The notes beneath the pieces are model-generated. The model did not search any database. It was not told where the DNA came from and saw only the letters and a list, made by a program, of their open reading frames with translations. From Lingula anatina (lineage: Eukaryota > Animalia > Brachiopoda), in the NCBI GenBank assembly GCA_051362555.1, contig CM120641.1, positions 12,958,001 through 13,022,000 on the forward strand: DNA of 64,000 bases, written 5' to 3'. The position numbers and the translations under genes are program-made. Shown in pieces: positions 52,382-64,000 of the stretch (positions within the stretch are counted from its first letter, which is position 1; the number at the start of each line of letters is the position of its first letter).

Positions 52382-54291
52382 TAGGGGAACAATAACCATG
52401 GCAACCCCACACAGGGTTCAATACAAAGTTGATCTCAGGAGGCTAGATTAAATCCACAATGTTAATAAAATTGTGCTCATTGAAGCTGAAGTGCCTATGT
52501 GATGGATAGGGAATGATTTTGTCTGCTCTGATTTGACTACACATGGACAGAGATACCTGACAGATTAGTAATGAGGAATTTCTACTCTGCAGATTATTTT
52601 CTTAAGCTTAGACATTAACTTTTGATGACTGAATATGTATCACTGCCATTAGTTTGTTCCATTAAGCTAATTGTAAGCCACTTTAAGCTACATTTAAAAA
52701 AATCCTATATTACCTTGGTGCCATTTCACACATTTAGTGTATGTGACTTGTCTTTATTGCTTATTCTGGATAAGATAATGCTCTAAACTTGTTCCTTTAC
52801 TGTCTTAACAAAATGTATCGTTATCTAAAAGATAAGTTTGGTGTAATATATCCAGTCAAAAGTACTGGCAATCAAACTTATCATTATATAATTATCAAGT
52901 GTTGATTAATTTTAAAGGATTTGGATTAGTTTCTTGTGTCATTATTAAATAGAAAAGGAAAAAAAAGAAAATCAGTTTAGTGCTTAAAAGAACTCCCAAG
53001 GCAAATTATTGTTTTGGATTAAGAATTATATACCTGGAGAGAACCAGAATGAATATTAATAATCCATTATGCCCTCAGTTAAGTATATGTATATATTCAG
53101 GACTTGAAAGTAAAAGTTTAGCAGGTTCAGATGATCTTGAACCAAGTTTATTTTTGATGGCAGCAGTGTTGAATCGAATGACATACATAATTTTCTGTGT
53201 GTGTCAAGTGTGACATGAATATGGCAAATGATTTCTTATGCTTTTTGCTGATTTTTTAAACAGTTTTCATGTAGATACTCTAGTCTCCATACGGAATATT
53301 TCCAGAGTTGACTGGCTATCTACTGAAGACAATGTTTATTGTATGTAGATTAGTTGGTAAAGCCTTATGTTGAAGGTGTACAAGCACTTGTTTCATTTTA
53401 TATATATGCATTAGATATAAAAAAGGTTTGTTATAGATTGTGATTTATAAGAGCTGTGAAATATAAAAGACTAGAAGAAATATTATGTAGTTAGCAATAA
53501 CAAATTTTAGTAGTATGCTAATTTTTAAGCATGAATGTGGATATTTTGAATTAAGGCTGTCTCTGATGTGTTTTGACAGGATGTATTTTTGGAATAAACA
53601 ATTATTGAAAATCTTAGCACTACAACATTCTTACCTGCCCATTGTTTATTTGTAAATTGGTTGTCTGAAAAGACTATATTGATTATATATAGGGGTGATT
53701 CCTTTGATTTTGTTAGTGTGATTATTGGATTTTTGGTAAATTCTGATTATTTGTCAAAGTTAAATTTTGTTTTTGTGTTTTGTCACAAGATTGTACAAAG
53801 TTGTAGAACTGCACGCCATATAGATGTAAGCACATTAAAATTGCAGGACAAAGATAGAAAAACACTGAAATACACCAGTCCTCAAATTTGAATTATGCAT
53901 TATGAAGTTAATTTACCTTAAGTATAAAGAAATGTTTGAGAAGGTATTGCTATTTTGTTGTTGTTGTGATACATCTACATGTATATACATTCTCTAATGA
54001 CAAATGCTTACACATGAATATCTATTCAGGTTCAGTTTTGCGGTTTTGTGGCATTGAAATAAAAAGTAGATTTTTGAAAGAAACAAGGGTTCTGTCTTTC
54101 AGAGATTTGTGTATTAATTTTTTTCTCTCACACTTTCTCTTTTAATTTCGGGTTGGTAAGTACGTGGCTGACGTGCTAATGTTGATCAAGGGATAGAGGT
54201 CTCTGTCTATCATCTTCTGATCAAGTTGATGTAGTAACCCGTGTTCTGTTTAATCGAAGAAGGGTGATTCCCATTACAGCACTTTAGCTTC

Positions 54292-54302
54292 AAGATGGCG
54301 GC
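54292..54302 (+). promoter_or_regulatory. YY1-type motif overlapping the eIF4A3 start codon
   Basis: AAGATGGCGGC inside a CpG-retaining 5' region. Confidence 0.45.
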
Positions 54303-57300
54303 ATCATCCCGGCGTGTTCTTTCTGATGATTTGAAAAATGTCGAGTTTGAAACGAGCGAAGATGTCGAAGTGGTACCTACGTTTGATTCCATGGGTCTCA
54401 GGGAAGATCTCATCAGAGGAATATATGCTTACGGTAATAAAACTACTACTAGGTTATGGTATTGTCATAAAATGCGCAGGAGTTGGAGCCTGTGTGCCTT
54501 TGTTTCTTTTTCACTTTATTTTACTAAACATTGGGTAAAGCATATAGTAAAGAGTTAGAGGACAATTGGAATGAATAACGAATTTGAAAATGATTTTATT
54601 TTAAGGCATTTGTTTCTCTCCTTTAATGATATTTATGACAAGATGGCATATGTTGATACGAACTCAAAAGAACAAAACGTCTGTTCGACGTCGATACAGC
54701 ATCGAGATTCAAGGTGTAAGAGAATTTGAAAATTACTAGCAATGCCTGCTAAAATGGACATTTTGATAAACCTTGTTAGATTATTGAAATGTTGCTTTCA
54801 AACAAATTTAATGGACAGTATAAAAAATCAGGAGTTTTAGTTTGTTTCATAACATATCATTCATATTTTCATTTTGTTCCCTGATGCCAAGATACAGAGT
54901 CTTAAAGGCCGAATACTTTGGTATCATCTCTGTGGTTAGCCAGTATCAAGTTTGTGTCACTGCATATATGTGGTCTGAGGCAAATGTGCTTTTTAGACCA
55001 ATTTATGAGGCTTGTGTTTAACTTTATATGAAAATAGTGGTAGGAAACTCCTTCTCACAGCATCTTTTATATATAGTTGGACTCCCAAAAAATTGTATTC
55101 AATCAGGCCCTTTTGGATGGCCTGTAACTTGCACCGTGGGAAAAATGATATTTTGACTCTTCTAAAAGAATTGTGATCTTACATTGAATCTGGCTTTTTT
55201 TTGAGTGTATTATTGTATACATGTGTAGCACTAAGAAGTTATCTTGTAGCATCAGTTATGCCCTTATTTTTTAGAAATTTGTGAAGTGAATCATGTCATT
55301 CCACTGTCTTCTGTAATTTGCAATGAGAGTAGATTTAGTGTTTTCACTTTTTATTCACAAGGGAGCTTCTTTATTTTTCTGTGGAGTTTGAATATTTGTT
55401 CTTAGAGGGTATTCATAAGCCTAAAGGGGTCATCTCTTTATGTCCCTGTACCATTACTTTCCTGCATCTTTACATACATACATTGATACATATCACATTT
55501 TTACCAGTGGAGAGGATATTTTCGTGATAGTCTGAAATTTTTGTTAGTAAGAAACTTTATCAAGTGTATTTCTATTATAGGTTTTGAAAAACCATCTGCA
55601 ATTCAGCAGAGAGCAATTAAACCTGTCATAAAAGGAAGAGACATCATAGGCCAGTAAGTAATAGTTGTAGCAATTTAGATATATTTTGTTGTATATCTTA
55701 ATATATTTCATTTCATTGTTGAGAATTATTTTAGTAAAAAGATGAGTATGGACTACTAAGTCTATGCCATAAGGCTCAAATGTTGGCAAATGGCATGGAT
55801 TTCCTTTTAGACAAACAAAATTTTAAAAATTTATCAAGAAAACACATTTGGTTAAAAGGAGAGGTATTAGAAACGCAACCAAAAGCTGTTTATAATAAAT
55901 CATGGTGAGGCTATTTTGATAATTTTTCATATTGATTTTTTTTTTTTGAAAAACTTTATTTTCCTATTATCTGTCTGTATCCTCCAGGGCCCAGTCTGGA
56001 ACAGGTAAAACTGCTACATTTTCCATAGGAATTCTTCAAACATTGGATACACAAGTGAGAGAAACACAGGCTTTGGTTCTGTCTCCAACCAGAGAACTTG
56101 CTGTCCAGATTCAGAAGGTACATTTTTCGTCAAGTGGCCTACTAATGCTTTCCTGATTTTTTTCATTCTGAGGAGGTGAATCCATTTACGTATTCCATTT
56201 TCTTTTTTTTTTCTGCAATTTTAAGAAAGCGTTTCACATTTTTACAGAGGAGTTAATTTCTTTAACCTAGGTTATTCTGGCTTTGGGTGATTATATGAGT
56301 GTACAGTGTCATGCGTGTATTGGAGGTACAAACATTGGTGAAGATATCCGCAAGCTAGACTATGGGCAGCATGTTGTATCTGGGACTCCTGGGAGAGTGT
56401 TTGGTAAGTTAACCTACATTTGCCTTGATGTTATGGTGTATAGTCAATTATAAGGGACAATCCTTAGATACAGTTATTAATGTTAAAATATGAAATAAGA
56501 AATTTGTAATGTATATTTTATAGACATGATCAGAAGAAGAAATCTCCGAACACGCTCCATCAAAATGTTGGTATTGGACGAAGCTGATGAAATGTTGAAC
56601 AAAGGTAAATTTTACTCTCTTCATATATAGCTGCAGTTGACTCTTTCCTTTTCTTATGCCTACATTCTTACTGAGGCTTAGTTTACTATTAATAAAATTC
56701 AAATTTAATGGATCATAGACAAGTCAAAGTGAACTTTTGTGGATTAAGTACTTCTGTAAGGATTTGAAATGGCCTTTAGTGTTGTTTGTGTTCAAGTCAC
56801 AAGTAGAAAATGAACTGGGGTGTTGAGTTATTTATTTTTGTTGTTTTAGGTTTCAAGGAACAGATCTATGATGTGTACCGCTACCTGCCCCCTGCTACAC
56901 AGGTGGTGTTGTTCTCGGCCACTCTGCCTCATGAGATCTTAGAGATGACCAGCAAGTTTATGACTGACCCCATCCGCATCATTGTTAAACGGTCAGTATC
57001 ATTATTGCTTCATTGGCTTGTTTGTGTAATTGAGGCCATTTTATTTGAGAGGCAAGGGGAACCATTATGAAAGCATCAGATTGCTTCTGTCGCTTCTGTT
57101 TTGTGTGTATTTGAAATGTGTTTTATGTTCTGAATGTTGGTTGTGTTTTCCAACCATGTTGTCAAGAACTGTTCATTTCTTAGACAATGTATAAGTAAGA
57201 AGATATGCCAGGAAATGTAAACTAAAAATGTGGACATTTGAATATTCAAGTTTTTTATATTTGTTTAAAATATCTTGAAAATTTATTTTTAGTTGGTAAA

Positions 57301-58918
57301 TGTGTGTTGAAGATTCGAAGAAAAAAAAAGACGGATTTGTTTTTGCCCATTAAATCAGTTTTGTTTTTTTTTCTGTTTTCAGTGATGAGTTGACATTGGA
57401 AGGCATTAAGCAGTTCTTTGTGGCAGTGGAGAGAGAAGAATGGAAGTTTGATACACTCTGTGATTTGTATGACACACTCACTATTACACAAGCAGTTATT
57501 TTCTGTAATACTAAGAGGAAGGTTAGTGACAAAAATTTTTACTCATGTTAGATTATTTATTATTTTGGAGTACTCTTAATTTGTGCTGTTGCTTGCTAAA
57601 TAAGGTTATTTATATATTGCTGTTGATTCTAGTTCACTGTCATTACATTTCTTCTACATGAAAGTAATGTATAGATAGATACATCCTTTTCATTAAAATT
57701 ATTTTATCATGTCACATTAATTAGTAGAAAAATATAAAAATGACCAAAATAAAATAGTGTCCAAGTTAACATTTATTGTCATTACAGGTGGACTGGTTGA
57801 CTGAGAAGATGAGAGAAGCTAACTTTACAGTGTCCTCTATGCATGGTGACATGCCCCAGAAGGAGAGAGATGCCATCATGAAAGAGTTCAGATCAGGAGC
57901 AAGGTAGGTTTACAGGTGATATTGACTTAACGCTGGCTACTGTACATTTCGCTTTAGACAAACAGCTGTGAAAAATGATTGGATTCAGGTGAAGTTTGCT
58001 TTGTCAGTGTGAACCAACTTATCATACATCAGCAGATTGTAAGTAAAATTGTTTTTATTTATCTACGTGCTGTTTTTTTTTCCTCTCTAGTCGTGTGTTG
58101 ATCACTACTGATGTGTGGGCCAGAGGTATTGATGTGCAGCAAGTGTCCCTGGTTATTAACTATGACCTACCAAACAACCGTGAGTTGTACATCCACAGGT
58201 ATGTTTTATGTATGTCAGTACGACATAGAGCATCTTCATCATATGATGATCATTTCTGAATACCCAAGAGGTATTGGTATTATCAAATTAATTTTTTATG
58301 TTGAATTAGTCAAGATAATACGAAATTTTAATTTGTCAAGTAAAAGTTAATGAAATAAACTTTGAATTAAACCAGATTCATTCATTACAAATAGTGGTGC
58401 TTTCTCTCAGTTTTTGAAATGGCATTAGGCATGGCTTGTATTGTACTATGTTTTCACCCCTGTGTGTTGATGCAGTTTTAACTGTAAGAATATTAAAGGA
58501 CTTTTGAGGTTAACACTAATAACCTATGATGCTTCAGGATTGGTCGATCAGGCAGATTTGGTAGAAAGGGTGTGGCCATCAACTTTGTCAAAAATGATGA
58601 CATTCGAATCCTTCGTGATATTGAACAGTACTATTCCACCCAGATTGATGAAATGCCGATGAATGGTAAATCTTTTGTACCCATCAGATTATTAGTTACT
58701 TTTATGCAAATTTCACTTTTACAAATATTTTATATAGTTATATCCATACTTTCCAAAATATTTTGATTAAATCCATGCTAGCAGGAGTTTCCCTACACAT
58801 AGTAATGACTCTTGTGAGAAGTGTCAGTTTAGTTGATATTTATGCACCTTAACTTATGGTTTACTGGTTCACTACTGATGTATTTATCTTTTACCTTTCA
58901 GTGGCTGATTTGATCTAA
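54295..58918 (+). CDS. EIF4A3: Eukaryotic initiation factor 4A-III (EJC DEAD-box helicase), 401 aa; exons 54295-54433, 55581-55653, 55988-56117, 56271-56403, 56524-56604, 56850-56991, 57383-57521, 57788-57903, 58091-58198, 58538-58665, 58902-58918
   Basis: [72 protein letters not shown] and [13 protein letters not shown], ending DEMPMNVADLI*. 1206 nt open. Confidence 0.97.
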
Positions 58919-60110
58919 AGAGGACATTTTATGGACAGTGCTGTGAAAAACACTTGTACAGATTGATAGATGAATAGAGGCATTTTATAAAGTACTTGCA
59001 GTACATTTATATTTTTTTTTTGGGAACGATTGGAAAAAAAGACTTCATTTACAGAGCATAAGCAAGGAATAGTAAAGAAAATATGGAATAAGGTCTTGAT
59101 TTAGTTGACTTTCAGTTTTATGTCAAAGGTGTATATAGATGACTCGATTATGACAAGACAAGAAGCTTTGAGGAAACTTTTTACCAGAAGGCTTCTTTTT
59201 GTTTTTATTAGAATATTTTATTTGCCAAGGTTTCTGCAAAAAAAATAGAAGTAGTAGTTTTAAGATGGGAGAAAAATGAACTAAACACTGATACCAGCCG
59301 CTGCGAGAATAATTTTTTCAAAAGTTTTTCTGAAGGTCAGAAACCACAAGTAAAATTATTATCTGAAATATTCTGTAGTATCATTTGATTGTAAATAAAA
59401 TTTTGTACAATAAAAGGCAAGGAAAGTATGAGAGATTTTTACATTAAATGTTTTGCAATATTTATTAGTGCAATTTCTTATTGAGAATGGAATACAACTT
59501 CTGCAATTTGTCACTGAAAAGGAAATGTGACCAATTTTTGTCAACACATTTAATACATTACTCTCGAATGCAAACTGATTTGATAAGTTTCATTTAGAAA
59601 ACACTACACTTTCAACTTTTTTCATTCATAGGTATTTATTGCAATATCAGAAATACCCCCACAAATTGCAATTATTCTCATATGTAAAAAAGAGCACCAC
59701 ATAATATATATTCTTATCAGGAAATAGGTAAGAATCCCACAAAAGATGTTTTATTGCAGTAAAATATCACAGCAAGTGTTTAAATTCTCTGAAGTGAATG
59801 ATATCTTATAAGACTGATATTATTTTAAAACACTTGTGTAAAAAAAAATTTTTGTCACTAAAAAAGTACTATCAATAATCTATCATACAGGATATATAGC
59901 TTATGATTTTTTGAAGATATTCTGATTAAATGGCACCCACTAAAATATGTGCATCCAAAAATAACTGGAATTATCAACTTTGCAAATGTAAATGCATCAT
60001 AAAACAAATTTAGGACAGTAAGTGTTAATGGCCTCCAATTTTTGCCCTGAAAAACATTTTTGGCATTAAAATGTCAACAGGCAGTGAACTACAGCAAATA
60101 CAACCACTAA

Positions 60111-60325
60111 GGGCGTATTCCCAGACATTTAGATCGATCTATCCCCGTGGGGAGTCTCACCTAGATTACTGTCAGATAATTCGGCTTAAATGTCCATCCC
60201 GCCTACTACAAGCTGTAAGGGGGTAATCTACTTTCGTGCCCGCTCGGCTGACAGCTATTTAGCGTGAACCCCCAGGGAGTTAGGTCGATCTAGTTTGGAT
60301 CGATCTAATCTCTGGGAATGGGGTC
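60111..60325 (+). mobile_element. MITE family A, copy 4, lying 23 bp past the L2HGDH stop codon
   Basis: TAA|GGGCGTATTCCCAGACATTTAGATCGATCTA ... GATCGATCTAATCTCTGGGAATGGGGTC|TTA; highly similar to 41056-41270. Confidence 0.9.
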
Positions 60326-60348
60326 TTAGTCAAGGACCGATATCATAA

Positions 60349-62041
60349 TCACAGCTCAAAGTTCTCCTTAGCCTTATCAGCCACCATTTTGGCAATGGCC
60401 AGAGATGATGTGGCTGCTGGAGATGGGGCATTCCTCACATGGAGCATTCTACTGGCCAGTTCACCCTCACCACTGTCAAACACAAAATCATCCACTAGCT
60501 GACCATCCCTGTCCAAAGCCTGGGCTCGGACTCCTGATGGACCTCTGTGTGGTAAGAAAAAACATTTTGAACTTTAAAATAATTAATTGCATGTCAAAGA
60601 ATGTGCTTGATCAGAATGTGAGAGCATACTAGCTTCTATATTGATAGATGTTATATCCACAAAGATCCCACATGATTTACACATGCAAGCATTTGATACT
60701 GCTATGTTGTTTACTCTAATCACAATTAAAAATACCACTTTAAGTATACTATTAATTTCAGTGCATTTTACCTGGTGACATCTTTGATAGTAATTGAAGG
60801 CACAAACTTTTGCAACTGTTTAACAGTTGCTCTAATATTAAAACCACGGTACATCTCTCCAATACCATAAGCTAAGTGTTTCATGGCAAGCTTTCTGAGT
60901 CCTCTGAAATGAGAAGGGGCATGTATGTGAATAGCTTATGTCACAGTATTGTTCTGCAGTGTATATGAGGCTGACAGCAGAGTATACTACTATTTGATTA
61001 TAAAAATTCTCTCAAAAGATGCAGGATGTGTAATCCTCTCAAAGAGTTTGTGTCACTGGCACATGCACTTCCACAATGATGCAAATCATCACAAAGTATT
61101 GTTAGATATTCACTAAACTTTCATATTTTATGGTAATTACTAACATATTTCATACTATTACCTCATTGAAATGTTTCATATTATAAAAATTACAATTACA
61201 TATATTAACAATAAAATAAAATACTACCATAAATAAAACTCACCTTTCTGAATTGTCATACCATATTTTTCATGTATTATTGCCAACAAAACATTGTTTT
61301 GTTCAAAAAATGTATTTAATTAAGTTTTCAACTTTCATGAGAAATTACCATATATTACATATTTTTTCAATTCAATGCAAGAATGTTATGATTGTCAACC
61401 TGACTATCTTACAGCAGTTGAAAAAATAGGAGCAAATACCTATTGATATTACATTAAAAAATTTAGTATCATAGTACAGGTAACACGTTTTTTTAAATTA
61501 TAACCTTCTGAGACTACAGATAAACAAAGCAAACCTTAACTAAAGTATGTAAAATTTAATGCCATTTTGAAAATAACTGCATCTCACCTGTAGCTGGCAG
61601 CATCCACAAAATCCTTGAAATTAAAATCAAGCAGCTTGTAGCCCTCTCTTTTAAATGCAAGCACTGCATTTGGACCCAGCCACACATCTCCATCTATTCT
61701 TGGTGTAAAATGAACACCCAGGAAAGGGAAGAGTGGGTTTGGAACCTAAAATACATACATTTGATAAAAAAAACTTAACTTCTTTGCCCAACACCTCAAA
61801 ATGAGGTTTCCTTTGTCAGATTCAAAATATTATTAGGGGTAAAAGTTAGCTGTAACAAAACTCACAGGATAAATGTTGCCTCTGACAAGGTCCCTTTTCT
61901 CTGGTTTGAGCAGAAGGTAGTCCCCTCGGAATGGTACAATCTTAGGTTCGGGGTTACAGCCAGACATTTTGGCCAGTCGATCTGAGTACAGCCCACCACA
62001 CACAATAACAAACTTGGACTGCAATGGTGTACTCTACAAAA

Positions 62042-62084
<43 letters not shown>

Positions 62085-64000
62085 ATATATATATATATAT
62101 ATATAAAATAAATAAATAATGCAATGATTATTAATTTATAGAGGAGCAAAAACTAGAAAAAAAAAACCTGATCAGAGGCTACTATACCATCGCAAAGTAA
62201 CCCCATTATTTAATTATTTAACCACAATAATCGGCATGTCACTTTTGAATTTCAAAATAAAAATTAACAATTCATTAAGGGTACAAACCTTTTCTTTGCC
62301 AAGTATTGTAACAGGATATTGAATGCCATCCCCATCTTCCTTTGTAGCTGTAAATTCTTTCACTTCAAAATTTGTGTATATTTGACCTCCCAAATTTTCA
62401 AATGTTTTTCCATAAGATCTGGTCACAAGTCCCCAGTCAACAATTCCAGTGTGAGGGGAATGTAAGGCCCGCAGACCCTGTAAAAGATTGATTTCCAGAA
62501 ATATTACTACTATATGAAATTAATGTAAATGCTAGTGATGCATGTGTAGCAACTTTTTACCCCTTTTATACTAATTTTACTCAGCGGAGATTGTTATACA
62601 TTTCTATGCTGCTTCTGATTGCCTATCTTTTAAGTACAACTGAAGCATTATACTTATTCCCACATTTAATCACTCATGTGGAATCGGTGTTAGTTTTTAA
62701 ATGCAATTATTACGCTTCACAAGATGCATCTATAGTTAGCACATGCTCTTGTAGTTTTGAACTAAGAAAATAGCTGGATAACGCTGCTGAAAGATCAAGT
62801 CTTATGCTCCATAAGATGAAACTAATAATCTAGTAATCCAGGCCCATAGCCAGGGGGGTTCGGGGGGGGGGGGGGGGGGGGGGGGGGGGCAAAGAACCCC
62901 CCCCCCCTTTTTGCTGGAAAAAGGTCCACTCTGGGTAAAATTTGACCTAGGTACATGGGGCTTATGTGGTAAAAGGTCAACTTTTTCAGAAAAAGAACCC
63001 CCCTTTGAAATTGCTGGCTACGGGCCTGTAATCAGTCCTTTTCAGATCCCCTTCTTTCAAACTTTATATTCAGAGACTAATGACCTTGCATGCAGAATAG
63101 CAAAACCATTTTCCCTACCCGACAATTTGGCTCTATCTCTCTAATTTCTTCAGGGCCCACAATTTTAAGATCCTTGACATTGTTCTTTTGGCCTCTGTCA
63201 TATAGGTTGTCCAGCCGTGATACTTCTTCAGGAGTAGTGGCAACAATAAGCTAAATAACCATAAAAATGGTAACAATATAATTTTGTGCTACCTTTAAAA
63301 AATTGTTCACTTTTTAACTCATTCTTGCATCTTTGCTTAAAAAGTAATATCTTGCAATAATGTTGCTGTGAAAATAAAATGAGAGTACAGATGCAGCTTA
63401 ATCCACCTCATATAAAAGATTTTAAATAGTAAAATTTGTCATGCTAAGGAAACAAGACATTATAAGACATTAAAAACCAGAAAGAAAATAAAAATCCCAC
63501 AAATTATAATTACTTTTCCACACTTCTTGTATGGTATATTGTTTTCATCACAGTATTTGTAAGTAAGGTTTAGACCATCCACACACAATTTTGCCTTCAA
63601 TGAACCAGGGGTGTAGTAGATGCCAGCATGAATCACACCACTGTTCTTACCACTTTGGTGTGCAGCTAATAAAAAAAAAAGAAATATGTTAACATATAAA
63701 CACTAAATATTTCCACATTCAAACATATTTAAGTGACGGTGACCTTAATTAAATACTCTGGGTCAGTGTACATCTTTGGGCAGACATACACATTGCTCTA
63801 CATCAAAGGAATGGAAAAAGGAGCCCTGTTCTTAAATTTTAACCTCACTCTCCAAAGAATATTGTATGGAATTTGACACAACAAAACAACCATCCTTTAC
63901 CTAAAATATTTTCTTTTTCCACCACTGCTAGCTTTAACTGGGGATGGTTCAGAGCTAACTGTCTGGCTGTTCCCAAACCAACAACACCTCCACCAACAAT
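60349..64000 (-). CDS. L2HGDH: L-2-hydroxyglutarate dehydrogenase, 5' end outside the window; exons >64000-63901, 63665-63514, 63250-63119, 62477-62289, 62033-61866, 61745-61588, 60903-60772, 60544-60349
   Basis: [15 protein letters not shown] motif, [63 protein letters not shown] and [17 protein letters not shown], ending ENFEL*. Confidence 0.96.
62839..63028. mobile_element. GC-rich 190-bp CAG...CTG MITE with a perfect 5-bp TSD, in an L2HGDH intron
   Basis: TAATC|CAGGCCCATAGCCAG ... CTGGCTACGGGCCTG|TAATC; internal poly-G and poly-C runs. Confidence 0.88.

Noticed and set aside
58240-58330. C/D snoRNA candidate (ATGATGA followed by CTGA) in eIF4A3 intron 9
   Set aside because: No terminal D box or closing stem at a suitable distance.
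1-64000. CRISPR arrays, tRNA/rRNA genes or prokaryotic operons
   Set aside because: None seen. The window is spliceosomal eukaryotic DNA and the repeats lack repeat-spacer structure.

Overview
AT-rich, intron-rich animal genomic DNA. The gene set and repeat types point to a lophotrochozoan, probably a mollusc (inference). Eight protein-coding genes were assembled by hand using GT-AG splice sites with consistent phases: a 4-TM claudin/PMP22-family gene (+, 168-13905); a 202-aa orphan with a single coding exon that appears to be two tandem dynein-light-chain (LC8)/ground-like folds (+, 20298-20906); an 894-aa nuclear receptor with two tandem zinc-finger DBDs (P-boxes CLACKS and CEGCKK), a ~500-aa hinge and an LBD with no visible helix 12/AF-2 (-, 27289-34637); AVEN (+); a C6orf120/UPF0669 homolog (-); STYX pseudophosphatase (+); eIF4A3 (+); and a 5'-truncated L2HGDH (-). 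NR/AVEN and C6orf120/STYX are head-to-head pairs on short CpG-retaining promoters. Many non-autonomous DNA transposons are present: PIF/Harbinger-type MITEs, CAG...CTG elements with 5-bp TSDs, TTAA-flanked Kolobok-like elements and Helentron/HINE-like repeats. The best candidates for new biology are the atypical 2DBD receptor and the tandem LC8-like orphan. No database searches were run; family calls come from recalled motifs.
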